A DNA stretch of 64,000 nucleotides from Utricularia gibba. Taxonomy: Eukaryota; Plantae; Magnoliophyta. Positions 37,235-50,469 of this stretch are shown here, piece after piece (the first letter of the stretch is position 1; every line of letters starts with the position of its first letter). The DNA is taken from the NCBI GenBank assembly GCA_002189035.1, contig CM007989.1, forward strand, positions 7,874,001-7,938,000, read 5' to 3'. The notes beneath the pieces were generated by a model, which was not told the origin of the DNA, made no database searches, and worked only from the letters and a program-made list of their open reading frames with translations. A program made the position numbers and the translations under genes.

Positions 37235-38726
37235 ATGGGCCACAACAATCTCAACGCAAAGCTTGTTGGTGTTTGATTCGATTCGATAAATTTTATCTAA
37301 ATTCATTTTGTAAGTGAATCGACGGTTTTCAGGTATTGCTTGGGGATATGGGAGCTGGAAAGTCGAGCCTTGTGTTACGGTTTGTGAAGGGTCAATTTCT
37401 TGAATTCCAAGTAATTTTCTTGGATCGTAGTTTGCTTCTTCTCATTGGATTGATTCGGTTTCACTTTACACCTTTGTTGTTTGACTTCTAGGAGTCAACG
37501 ATCGGGGCTGCTTTTTTCTCTCAATCTGTGTCTGTGAACAATGCCACTATAAAGTTCGAGATCTGGGATACGGCTGGTCAGGAGAGGTACCACAGTTTGG
37601 CGCCTATGTACTATAGAGGCGCTGCTGCTGCGATCATCGTCTACGATATCAGTAATTCGGTAATCGCGTGTTCTGATTTTTCTTTGACTGCTATCTGTTT
37701 CTGGTGTTTTTTCTCGTTATTGATTTACATTGGGAGTTCAATGTCGGGATGATTGACTGTAAGTGTTGGTTGCGACTCAGGATTCATTTTTGAGAGCTAA
37801 GAAGTGGGTCCAGGAGCTGCAAAATCAAGGTGCTAGAATTTGCTTGTCTCTCTCTCTGTCTTTGCGTGTACTACATATGAAGAACGAATGGAAAGTATCT
37901 ATGTTTGCGGGAGGGATATAGTTGTGGGGAGGTCCGACTCATCAGAATGATTTTGCTAGCATTTCAGGTAATTCTAACATGGTTGTGGCACTTGCTGGAA
38001 ATAAGTGTGATCTTGAAGACAAGAGGAGTGTTACTACAGAAGTAAGTTCATGGGTTCTATTCGTTCCTAATTTTCATCATGACTGTACCCTTTATCGATC
38101 TTGAACAACCTCTCACCTGTTGCTTCGTTTAAAAAATCGTTAGCATGTGTAATGTGAGAGTAAAACCTGTTTCCAATTATTGGATATCTAGAACTACGAA
38201 ATTGCTCTTTTGATGACAGCAACATGCTAAATTTTGTGGGAAGATCTTATATGTTTGGTAGGTCCGAGGAAATGCAAAAAGTTCACTTTTTTATTGATTC
38301 CGATCTTTGACTTTCAGCTTCAATTTCTAAAGTTTGATCAGCTTGCGCTTTGTGCACTCATTTTTTTAATGTATTTCAGGAAGCCAGCGCTTACGCTAAA
38401 GAGAATGGTCTTTTCTTCACGGAAACCTCAGCCAAAACTGCAGCTAATGTCAATGATGTATTCTATGAAATAGGTACATAAACTGCATCGTTGTAACTCT
38501 CATTTTAAATTCTGATGAACTGTCTCCTGGTACAATTTTGCCAGTGCGAAATGAGATCCATGAAGTTTTACATCGTCTACCACTGTTTATATTCTGGATT
38601 TTGCTTTCTATGTTTTCAGCCAAGAGATTGTCCGCAACACCTCCTGCACCCCCAAAACCTGCCGGGATGGTCCTAGTTGACAGGACTCCACAAACGGCTC
38701 AAGCTGGCAGCTCGTGCTGTTCGTGA
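37235..38726 (+). CDS. RABF2: Rab5-type small GTPase RABF2 (ARA7/RHA1-like), 7 exons
   Basis: Motifs [47 protein letters not shown] and ETSAKT, with C-terminal SSCCS* prenylation motif. Confidence 0.96.
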
Positions 38727-39183
38727 TCCATTGTTTCTTCTTCTTCCTGAAAGAAAATAAAATGTCTGCATTCGCGTGATGTGATCATGTGTTAGTGGTT
38801 TCTACTACGTAAGTAAATACCTGTTGCCAACTCTCATGTACCTTTATTTGTAATTAAAGATGAATTATCTTGTCTGGCGACATCTACTATTCACTAGCTA
38901 AACCATTCAAATCAATATAAAGAACCGCAACGTTTGATGGAAAGAGCAAGTGCATCTTGCTAGTAACACAGTGACTGAGGCCTAAGGGTGCTTGAGAGAA
39001 CAAAAGGGTACAAGACCAACAACTGTGCGGCCATGCCAAAACCAGTGAAGTGCATTTGGCGTTTCCTCTACGGATGGATATTCCTTTCTCCATCATTACT
39101 CAGGAGAAGGCATGCTGTTAAATAATGGAGAACAAAACTCCCCCTAAATCTAACTTCAACCTTCTCAGAACCAGCTTTTGCAT

Positions 39184-41915
39184 CTAATCCTGTGTTGTTT
39201 TTCTTTCCTTTTTTTTTTCCCACAGGACTTCTAAAATAACTTTCTGGAGGTAAGCCTGCCGGATAATGACTGACCTCCAGCAGAAAGCAGCTAAAGTTGA
39301 TTCTGAAAAGCAGCTAATGATGCCGGCACTTTGCTGATTCTGGTCACAAGAATAATTCCTCTCCTGGCCTACCATTGCACTTTACAGTCAAGCGCAAGAA
39401 CAACATGAGGCTGAAACAGAAACCTGTTTATATGTAACTTCAATTAATAAGGATCATGGCTGAATCATACATCTATTTGAAACATCAATTGCATTGACAG
39501 ACTCTGATACTAAAACAGAAACAGAAACAGAAAGGGCATAACGTTGTTTCTAGTTCTAGAGACAAGCAACAGCAATAGGCTCCATGGGAATAGCAATCTC
39601 TCGGTCACACGTTTCAGGGCCAATGCTTGTAACTCCTTCTCCCTGTAAAACAACGAGGCTTTACTACATGGCACACTTGAGCTAGATGAAAATGAAGAGT
39701 CTCGCACCTTAGCAATATTCCGGAAGTATGTAGCAGTATAGTTTCCGGATGGTAATAGGGCCTCGATCAGATCCGCCAGGACAACGTGAGGCTGGGAGAT
39801 TGCTCCATCATACCAATCTTCAAGGGTCAAAGACATGAAAAAGGTACAACTTTTCCTTCAGGTTCATGGCAAATAGCATAACTATGCAAGTACTTAGTGA
39901 TTTTTTGAAGCAAACAGAAGGCTGTAATCTGATAACATTACCCAAAAGAAATGAATTATGAATTCTTTTGTCAAATCTCCATATGCTCTTGTTGGTCATG
40001 AAGGCAAAGCAAGATTGATCTTCCACATGCAAGTTTTGCAGAAAAGTTGAAACATCATAGGACGTCGGATCAGGTGTATATGTCTCATCAATCACAACCT
40101 CAACAGTCTAGATAAAAAAAAGCATATCAATCGTTGAGAGAACAGCACTAACTGAGAAAGAGTTAAACAACAATAGTACTGCATACTTACGCAGAGGATA
40201 GCATTCAATGCTTCTAGGTCATCAGGTTCAGAGATATTGTATTTGACCTTATTGATTGACTCATCTATGTTTTCACCTCCAGCATCCTCTATGTACTGCT
40301 CCAATGTCATCAACTCCAGATGAAAACCTTTACCATCAATAACGAAAATCAAAAAAAGGAATGGTTACCTTTAGCTTGTACATCTCTTTTGTGAATGACC
40401 AGATGCTCTGCACCAAAAAAAAAAAAAAAATGAGGGAAGATCTAGTGAAACATGAAAAGTTTTGGCTTGCACATTGTTATACTCCATCCAAGCAACAATT
40501 GGCTTGAACGATGAATTCTTGCAGTTTGCCATTCTACTCAAGCACGTATATCTCTCCTTGATCTGCATACAAAGTAAAAATCTCAGGCGCCCAGTTGATG
40601 CCAACTAGTTGCTGAAGCTTTTTACTTACTTGATCATACACTTGATTTGCTCTAGTTTCTGCATTAGCAAAAACCCCAAGGTATTTGATCCACTCGACTC
40701 TCTGAAAAGTTGCAAAATGAATATTTTGCATCCAAAACTTTTGGATAACACATGTTACGATTGATCAGGGACCATCTATCTACAAACCTGCAGAGGACTC
40801 TCCTCAACATAAGGGAGAAAAGTAGCAAAGTTGCAGGACTGTGGCTGATCGGTGTTCAATATGAAATGAGCTGTAAATTGAGAAAGCTGCTGAACCTCAC
40901 TGTTGTTTAACATCAGAACTTGGCCATCATTATATAGTTTTTGAACGCATGGAGAGGAAATACGGTCTGATGTAACGCCCCTCAAACTACCCAGAAGTCC
41001 CAGAAGCTGTCAATATGATAACCATCATAATGGGTAGTTGCAAAAAATCAGGAACCACGCCACCCACAAAAATTAACTACTAATTACAGAATCTGTTTCT
41101 CACCTCAAAGAAGGAGACTGAGAAATCACAAGAAAAGCAGAAAAGAAGTTCAGTCGTTAGCTTCATGTATTGTAGGCATTCGGGTTTGATATGAAAATCA
41201 ATGAGAACTAAGATTCATCTAGAACTACCTGGAAATGATTCTGCATTGATCGAGTAGTTTGATATTGGAATAACAAAAGATTTTATCCTGGAAGTGCAAT
41301 ACTTTGTTCTAGCTGCCATCTTGGAGTTACTCTGTTAAAAAAGCATCCAACTGTTGAACTGGAAGTCTTATGCTTAACAATTTGTACTCAACACAAACCA
41401 TAAACGAATGCTGAGAGAATGAATATGTGTTCGCCTACTCATTGTACAACAGAGAAACAACTACTTTCAGACCATAGCACAAGAACAGCACCAAAGTAAA
41501 GGTATTTCAAGAAAACACAAATGGGGTACTAAAAGTTAATATGGCATGTTCCTAGACGTAGATTTTTCTTGAATATCTAGAAAATTCCAAGATCATATGT
41601 CCATGGGTAGTCCAAGCAAATGCTGATGAGTAGCATATAGATATCTTGCTTGGGTTAATAATGAGAGTATTTAGAGAAAAAACTTTACTGAGGTACCTGA
41701 ATGAGAAGATAACTCTTGCCATCTATCGCATTCTTGATGACTTTAAAAGTCTGGCCATAATACAGTTTGAAATTAGCAGCATCCACTGCAGACGAAGTGC
41801 TGCTAGCTTTCACAGACGGAGGAGGAACTACTCCGAGAGCCAAAATGGGGAAACTCAAAAACATGAAAATGTGAACAAAATGACTCCATGGAATTGATGA
41901 TGTTAGTACAGACAT
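39184..41915 (-). CDS. Secreted or membrane-associated protein resembling Fe/B12 periplasmic substrate-binding proteins; multi-exon with a 14-nt microexon; 3' end uncertain
   Basis: Hydrophobic N-terminus. Spliced motifs [20 protein letters not shown]|[15 protein letters not shown]|[28 protein letters not shown] and [20 protein letters not shown]. The domain assignment is recalled and inferred. Confidence 0.7.
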
Positions 41916-42528
41916 GGGCTCAAGTACTAGAGCTCCCACTCAAAGTTTAGTTCCCACCCACAAAAAGCCACCCTCAGAGAGTAAAAGGGTTGCTGTTGAA
42001 GAAAAAACAAGACTGGAGTTTGACTTTTTGACAAGATTGCAAACCCTTTTACACTCACGTCCAGCAGCTTGTGTGAACGCAACTGTAGAAAGAAGGGCGT
42101 TGGCAAAACTTTTTCGCTGGGTACAAGTTGGATTTTTAATGCTTCTGTTATAACCCGTGAACAAATTCTTATATTTGCTTCGGCATCTTTTGCTGATCCT
42201 TCAGCTTTTCCGGAGGCTTCTAATGGCGTTTTAAGATACCTGAATTATCAACATTTGGAATTTATTCAAAGTTTTGTTCTTTTCCACAGATGGGTAGAAA
42301 TGATAAAATTCAGCGTCACATGATGTATAAACTTTTTTGAATCTGAAAGATCACATTACAAACCGTACTATTTTTTTCATTGAGATTTCATCATCTTCAT
42401 GACTTCCAAACTCATTTCAGACAAAGCCAAGAACATGTAAATTGGAAGTTACTGTTCCACAACAGATGTATAAACACTGTAGTCTTGTGCAATGTGTAGG
42501 GGCTCGGGCTGGAATGCACATAACGTGT

Positions 42529-44896
42529 TCAGGGTGTTTTCAGATATAAGCAAATATGAAGATAGTGTTCAGGGTTCATCAAAGTGTTCACCACCCATCC
42601 AAATGGAATTTCCATCAAGGGTTCAATACCTTGGATGCGCACCATCTTGATCTCTGCACCTTCAAGAAGTAGCCGTACACCTTCATTTGGTGGTGCATCC
42701 CCAGCTTCTTCATTGCTTCTTGAGCTGCTCCCCTCCGATCTTTCCACATCACCGGTGCCTTCCTGGTACGTTTTGGCATCTGCTGACGCTCTATATGCAA
42801 ATACCTCTGGTAATAGAGCTTTTAGAGCATCATTTAGAGTAAAAGCTTTTCCTGCAGAGAAATGGAAAAAAATATTGCTCCATGTAAGTCAAGCATCAAC
42901 AAAGACTTTGGAAGGAGCAAATCAGCTGACTTTTACCTTCCTCCTCGTGAACCTCAACAGGTCGATTCATATAATAAATCTTGTCCCAGCTATCAACAGC
43001 AGAAACATCTTCGAGATCATCAATAGCTTCATGGATAGTTCGAATATATAGCCGGACAGGTACTCTAGCTGGTGAATCAGCAGAAATTGGGAGTGAACAA
43101 GACAAATGGAATCACTTCTAATGAGTAAGTTGGCATAAAACTTCCAACTATAACCTGTCCTGCTTGTTCCCGCACCATCCACTTCACTATTCGGTCGAGG
43201 CTTTGGGATGGAAGAGCTTAACTTTGAAAACGAGTCATCCTCAAAAACTTCAAGCTTTAGTTTCGTGGACAGAGGAAGATATGTGTCCAGCTTGCCTGGA
43301 TCATGCCATCATCAAACAACTTTACTAAAAATTGTAAAGACAAAATGGATCTAGGCAGTGAAGGCAAAACTAACCAAAATATTCCACTACTAAGTTATTG
43401 CATACCATTTAAAACGGCAAGCCAGAGATCAGCTTGATCAGATCGTGACATATTCATGATGTTCTTGCAGCTTCCACTGATTATATATGCTGCCTGATGA
43501 GAAATGAATGCAACATTCAACAACATTACACAATAGTAAAAGCCAAATGGACTGCATGAATTTGTTGCCGCAATCATGCTGTATGAGAAACGTTTTATGA
43601 TAGAGCTTCCAAACATGAATTGCATGCAAAGTGATTGTTATACCTAACCTCTTTGAGGGCATTAATAAAACTCCATTTTACACTGTCTTCACCTTCACAA
43701 GGTGTCAATATGTTTCCTGGATAGCCTCTGAAATGTATCTGCATACGTCAAGCATGTGATCAATTGAATATACTTTTAAAGAGAACCCATGATCAAGTTA
43801 CCCTTACAGTATATTCCTCTGAATACTTTCATCTAACATGCAAGCATCAAAAAATCCCAAATAGATGTTCAGATTCATGACCTAGACCGTTTTTGGATCG
43901 TTTAGAAAAAACACATACCAACCACATACGATTTTTTCTTGGTAGGTCAGCATGTTGCCAAGACATAAATAAACAAAATTTTCTGAAAAGACCCATCAAT
44001 TTCTCATTCCCTAGTAATCCACAATATTTAGCATAAAAAACTGCAGGCTTGCTTGTGCACATTCATCCTAGCTTGAGAAAGATACTGAATAGAAGTACAT
44101 ACAGTTAAGTTCCATGGCCTTTCTGGTTCTGCACAAAGAATATCAAAAAGAACCCCAGTGGGAATATACCTGACAAAGAATGCGCGACATGGTCATAGAA
44201 AGCAAGTAGAGTCACTAATATTGCCAAAAAAAAAAAGCATGAAACACTAAATAAGCTTTTGAGAAATGAGCTAATTTAAATCACGCAAATAAACACCGTA
44301 AAAACGCCCTTTCATATTTGTTCATGGATATTAATATGATGTGATCTCTTCAATCTTAAAAGTAATTAACAGTTCACAGTGCTGAACTCACCATTTGAGA
44401 GGCAATCCTTTATACTCGAACCATACCGTGTCAACTCCAGGTGGAAGTGAGCTACTAAAGAAAGGCTTGATCTGAGATACTAACAGTGGTAGGTATCCCG
44501 TACGAGGCGCTAGAATCTGTATCACGAACCCATGTACAAGATACATCAACTAAATTACCCCTTCGCCAAGCATTCAATCCCTAATAATCTCCTTTCAAAA
44601 ATCTTGATTTCTTTATTTTTTCTCAGAACAAAATGATACCCACAGATCATTCTTCTGAATGCAGTAAAACGCACGGCCGGCCAATGCGCAGAGAGTAATA
44701 AAAAAAAATTGTTTGGGCGAGAAATACTTGAGCCACAAACCAAACCAAAAAAACCAAATTACAGAAAGAGTACCAAGGCCGGCGGCGGCGGAGGAAGAGT
44801 AGTGACTTCGGCGTCGTGGAGGTGAATCTGAAGGGGTATGGCACCACTCCATACATACTGCAGCGCCTCCGTTCTGCCTTCATAATCCCTCGCCAT
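42529..44896 (-). CDS. ATG5: Autophagy protein 5
   Basis: Exon 1 ALQYVWSGAIPLQIHL; exon 2 ILAPRTGYLPLL...VWFEYKGLPLKW; also VPVRLYIRT and VRIQGIEP.MEIPFGWVVNTLMNPEHYLHI. Confidence 0.95.
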
Positions 44897-45998
44897 AACT
44901 CTCCTCGACAGGAGAATCGTAGACGCGGATATTTTCCTTCCTCGAAAAATCGATTTTTTGCCAACGACTCTCGTCTCGTCAACTGCTTCTGCCAGAGCAA
45001 GCCGGCGACTCCTTCCCGTCAGCCCAATCTAGAGCTCCTGGATAATTTTTCTCTGTGATCTGGGCCTCCAACTTCACAAACCCATTTACTGTTGGCCCGA
45101 AATGACAGCTGGCAAGATATTACAATCTGTGGGCCCCATGCATCCATTGCTGCCACATCATTTTTTAATTTTAGCTTCATCCTCGACAGATTCTGTCCCT
45201 TTATTCGCCCCATTTCACGATAAGATAATTTTCCCCTCCGCTCCTGATATTATTCAGATATTTTTTTATTTTTTGAATTAAAAATAATAAAATAACACGC
45301 CCAAAAAAATGATTCATGATATTTAAAGTCTATTTAGAACATTTTTTTTTTATTTTTGAAGATATGTTCCAAAAATAGTTTTGTGATTAAATATAAATAA
45401 TTTATATTTAAAAAAAAATCAAAGTTTTAAAAACATTTATTATTTTTAAAAATGCACATAACTTTAACTTACTTTTTCAGAAATACCTTATTTTTTTACG
45501 TGGTTACATAAGAAAACTTTAATATCAATTTGAAATAATTTACAATTTAAAAATATTACAAAATAATTTTATTATCAAATGTCTGATTCGAACATTTAAT
45601 CCTTACATTTTCTCCATCTTTGGTCTGCCTTCATAAAGTTACATATACTCACATTACTCTAAATCAGATACATTTAACTTTAGAGTTTCTATCAACTCTT
45701 ATCTATACTGAAAAAAAAAATCTCATGCAAAATTTACATGATCATTTTACTCAATATTATTTTTTTCATTTATATTCATAACCTATAATGATTTATATTG
45801 CAAAAAACATGAAAATCTAAAAATATTTTTTATTTTTAAAAAAGTTGCATATATTTAAGTTTTATTTTATTATAAGCGTTTCTAAAAAAAGATTTTAGAG
45901 AAGTAAAAGCTCATTTGCTTTTCTTTTCATTAAAAAAAATGATTATTTATATTTTATAATATAAATGTACCGTATTTGGGCACGCGGCATGCACCAGC

Positions 45999-46272
45999 CA
46001 CGTGTCAGGGCATCAAGGGTGGAGTGCTGACGTGATATTTAATATTTTATTAATTAGGTAATTATAATATATCTTAATGACATGTAATATATGTTTTTTA
46101 TGAAATTGTTTTTTACAAAAAATGACGTATTCGATATCTCTCACCCACCTGCTCTCCCAGTAGCCGGTAGCTAAAATGCGGTCTTTTTGTACTTTTGACC
46201 TGATGTCGTGGCGCCTAATTATTTCCGTGCCCTTCTTTTGCTATACGTTGGAGATTAGAAACTAAAATATCT
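45999..46272 (+). promoter_or_regulatory. G-box (CACGTG, 45999-46004) and evening element (AAAATATCT, 46264-46272) upstream of the REVEILLE gene
   Basis: Exact consensus matches 290-560 nt upstream of the predicted ATG of a clock-family gene; function is inferred. Confidence 0.55.
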
Positions 46273-46559
46273 TGCTCTGCTTCTCTTCCTCCTGCCCTTT
46301 CATTTCTCCTGCCAAGAGCGCTGCCCCACTGGTGAAGGGTTGCTTTTATTCTTCACTTATTCGTATGTGGGTACTTAGATTCCGGCTTTTCTTCCAGTTC
46401 ATCGTGTAAAGTTTTGTTCTTTTCGTTGAAAAATCTTACAGAAGAGGAATCCTAAAGGAATAGCTTTGTTTATACAGGATCTGAAAGTGGGAATTGACGA
46501 TTTTGATCAAGGAAAGAGTTGACGTTTGCGTCTGGAGGAAATTTCGCTTTTTTTCTGCT

Positions 46560-47792
46560 ATGGATGCCCGGGTGGGTTTAGACTTGATTTGGTTTCAGAT
46601 AGCTTTGTGTATGTGTGTTTTCTTTTTCTCTCTGTTTTCTTTGTTTGTTCAGAGATTGAGCTTGAGGCTTCTAGTAACGCACCCCTCCTGGGGCATTATA
46701 TGTATAGCTTCCATGAGTCACTTGTCAATTTAGGATTAACGTGTGTCTGTTCTTGTGTCTAATGTAGGAAGAACTCGTATCTTGTGAATCAGAAACCGCG
46801 GTTCCCCATGTGGGCTGCGAGAGTAGTAAGGATATTCAGAGAAGCTATGAGTTGCATAATCATGTGGATGACTTCGCTCCAAAGGTTGATTTGATGTTAA
46901 ATTGTTGGAACTTAGAGCAACTTGATTGCTTATCATGTGTGTATTGTATTGATTCAGGGGAGGAAGCCATATACCATAACAAAACAAAGAGAAAGATGGT
47001 CTGATGAAGAGCACAACAGATTCATCGAGGCATTGAAATTACATGGTCGAGGATGGAGAAAAATCGAAGGTACCCAGTCTACCTGATTCTTCATCAATCA
47101 TGGCGTTTACCCTTTACATTCTTGTTCTAATTCGTGAGAGTTTTTGTTACCGTAGAGCACGTGGGAACTAAAACTGCTGTGCAAATCAGAAGCCATGCAC
47201 AGAAATTCTTCTCAAAGGTCTTTCTGCTCTTTCTTCTACGACATTACATCTATCCATTGGGACCTGCGCAAAGCTTACTTGAATTGTGGTTTTCAGGTTG
47301 TTGGCAAGTTGATAGAAATCCCTCCTCCCAGGCCTAAGAGGAGGCCACTTCATCCTTATCCTCGCAAAATATTCTCTCTAGTGAAATCCGCGTTGCAGCA
47401 GGAGGACGAATCCCCCAAGTCTGTAGTCTCTGCGCCACTTCCTATTCTTCATTCAGATGAGGCTGCTGCAGATTCATCCCTTATTGAAGGAATCCCAGAG
47501 AAGGTACACATTTTCAACATACTGTAGAGTATCCTAACACATTCTAGCCGTAGCAGCTCCCTTAGAGTCTTGTTGTTAGCAGGAGCCCCAGATGGAGAGC
47601 CTCTCTAAACCCACTGCTGCTCCTGTACAAGAATCCAGTGGGCGGTACTTGAAGCTGTTTGGCAAGACACTGTTCATCACCACTGACCCACGTTCCATTC
47701 TCAAGTTTCAGGGGGAAGCAAATAGCAGCTGCACTGCTCTGTCCATACCCCAAGTTACCTTGAGGTCCTCGAGGAATCATGAATTTTGTTGA
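46560..47792 (+). CDS. RVE: REVEILLE/CCA1-like single-MYB (SHAQKYF-class) transcription factor, RVE1/2/7-like; start exon tentative
   Basis: DDFAPK|[37 protein letters not shown]|[21 protein letters not shown]|...[18 protein letters not shown], with C-terminal LKLFGKT. Confidence 0.9.
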
Positions 47793-48579
47793 AGATGCGC
47801 TGTACCATAAACACTCTACTCCTATCATCATACTCTGTATAGGATCAAGCTCACTGCCATTCTCTGCATCCTTGCGCCGTACAATGGCTGCTGTACTTTG
47901 CGCCGAGACCCAGAAGCTCTCCTGCCTCCTTTCTTCTGGCAGTTGCCATTTTGGATCCGTAAAATGGCTGCTATTTTCAAACAGCAGCGGTCCAAAATCA
48001 TACAGAGCAAGCCCGACGAACGCGAAAACTGAAAACAGAAAAATGGGCCTGGGCCCAATATCAGTGTGTTGGGCCTAGAGATTATCCAAAAGGAGACACT
48101 TGCACGTGGCTGATGTGTCAAAAACATGACGGTGGAAATGAACAATAATATACATAAATAAAAATTTCGAGAAAGGTTTGGTTATTTATACTAATAAATA
48201 TACATATATATTAAAAATTACATTTATTAGATAAATATATTCTGAATATATTGGTGATTTATAAAATAAAAATTATATTTTTCAAAAATCTTATACTACT
48301 TGAGTTTTTTTTTACTGAAATGAAGTTTGATTACTTTTTCAAAATAATTGTATTAAATTTAAAATATTTCAAAATATAAAAAATGAATTAGGATGCAGTC
48401 ACGCTTCAAGTATAATTTTTTAAGGATTAAAACACTTATTATATCCAAATCTATCAAAATTCAAAGCATCATTATATCTTATTTTTATCTAATTATTAAT
48501 AATTAAAGTATATTAGTAATTAAACCTAATATTTCAGAATAAATTTTAAAATATAACAATAATAAAGAAAGATCAAATA

Positions 48580-50469
48580 TGGAGGCAAAAGAAGCCTGGG
48601 CATTTGATGTTTCTCTGTATTGCGTGTATGAGATTTGTCCGGATCCCACCTGAACATCGTACACCATTTAGGAAGCTGCTTTCCTGTAAAGAAAGCGTTG
48701 TAAGGATCCCCGAAGCATAGAGCCTGGGCAGGGAAACGAAGCATACAGAAGCTTTCTCCTCTACCTTAAACGATGACCGTCATCGTCAGAAGTCGAAAAA
48801 CCTACAGGATTGCCGGAGAACATTTGCGGCCGAGCTTCTGTGCTGCTGTAATGGGATATACGAATGGAGTTCTTGAGCTTGGAGTAGAGAGGAAAACTGT
48901 CATGGACACCAATACAGAGAAATGCTGTATGTTTCCTTACGTGAAAGAGATGCTTCTGAGTGTAGGAGTTGTTGGTGGACTATTGTCATGAAACCCTTTT
49001 CGTGGATCATCTCTTTCCGCAGTGAGGTTTGGAACTCCGGTGAGCCGATCGGGGAGATCATCTTTACCAAATCCTGCAAAACACCATTTTTTCAATTAGG
49101 GCAACTTAAGTTGAAGTAGCTGTGGATCTGAAATGCTCATGAAAAGTTACCTGAGATGGTTGCAGGCTTGTCAGAGGTTTTGAGAGTTCGATACATCTAC
49201 ATGGTAAGGAGAGGAGTTAGAGTGAGAGGAGAAGGCAGCAAATCGAAACCCCAGATTGGTGGGTTGGTTTCTGAGCTTCATCCCTTTGATTTTGAAAGAA
49301 GAATCTTACTAAAAGAAGATGATGAACAGTAAATCAGGCCAAAGAATGGTGTAGTAATCAATGGGAGGAGGCATCATTGAGAAATCATGATTTCTGCTGC
49401 TGCACCGGAGACCCACACAGAGAAATATACAAAAAAAAAACAACTGATAACGACGGGGACAGAATCTGAGTGGTGAGGTTTACTTCATCATAAATCCTTC
49501 GTTTCTCCAACCAGCAAAAGAGAACTTCACTTCTTTCAGAGTCACACAAATGGATGCAGAATACTGTCGCATTTGGTTCTAATGTTGAGAGAGTTTATAG
49601 CTAGAAACCAGTATAGAACACAGCACAGTTTTTGTGGGGTTTTGAACTGGGATGATACTGTAGAATAGGGTGATGCGTGGCGGTTCTTACCTGCAAATGG
49701 CTTTTGACATGAGCGAGGGTGAGATCCTTGACGTCCATGAGCTCGAGAACTGACTTCGGTGTCGCTCCTGAGTTCATAACACAAATAATCTGCAGTAAAC
49801 AAGACGTCCATATTTCCCGATGAGGAGCAGAATAAGTGGTAGTTACTTACTGTCATGGCCGCCGAGAAGCTCCACGGCATGAACAAACCGAGCGTGAAGA
49901 CTAGTGGTCCATCTCATTCTCGGAGCCCTCATGCTGCTTCTCTTTGCGGGAATCTTTGGAAGAAATCTCGACGATGAAGACGGTCTAATGATTGTGTGAT
50001 CCTGCAGCTGATATCCAGAAAGACTGGCGCTTAGCGGCTTCGAAGAAGAAGGCATTTGGCAGAAGCGCTTAGGGTTCTGGTCTGATCCCAGAAACGGAAA
50101 CGACCCACTGGAGTAAACCGGAATACCCTTTATCGGCGAAGTAGAAACAGAAGAAGCAAAAGTGGGGTTTTTGTGTTTTCTCTGTATCTCCTCCTGCTGC
50201 TGCTGGATCTTGGTTCCGGGTGAGAGGGAGAGATTTGTGAGTGAACCATCGTCGCCGCCGCCACGGCTCAACGAAAGGGAAAGAGCATCACCAGGCGTCT
50301 CTCTCTGGGAATCACAGCTGTTGCTGCAGCTGTAGTTCGGCAGACTGATCTGAAGAGAAAGATCAGGTGGCGGAGGAGCAACCGCTTCTTGCCGTGGTTG
50401 ACTTGTCTTCTTTAACGGCGGGAGCTCAACCAAAAACCCAAATCCCCCTTGATACTCAACAGGGGCCAT
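48580..50469 (-). CDS. KAN: KANADI-family GARP transcription factor; 3' end uncertain
   Basis: PDLSLQIS repression motif, PIKGIPVY, and GARP domain MRAPRMRWTTSLHARFVHAVELLGGHD|RATPKSVLELMDVKDLTLAHVKSHLQ|MYRTLKT across canonical introns. Confidence 0.9.

Noticed and set aside
47529-47538. GTATCCTAAC, U12-type donor/branch-like word
   Set aside because: Lies inside an ordinary GT-AG intron with no matching U12 partner site.
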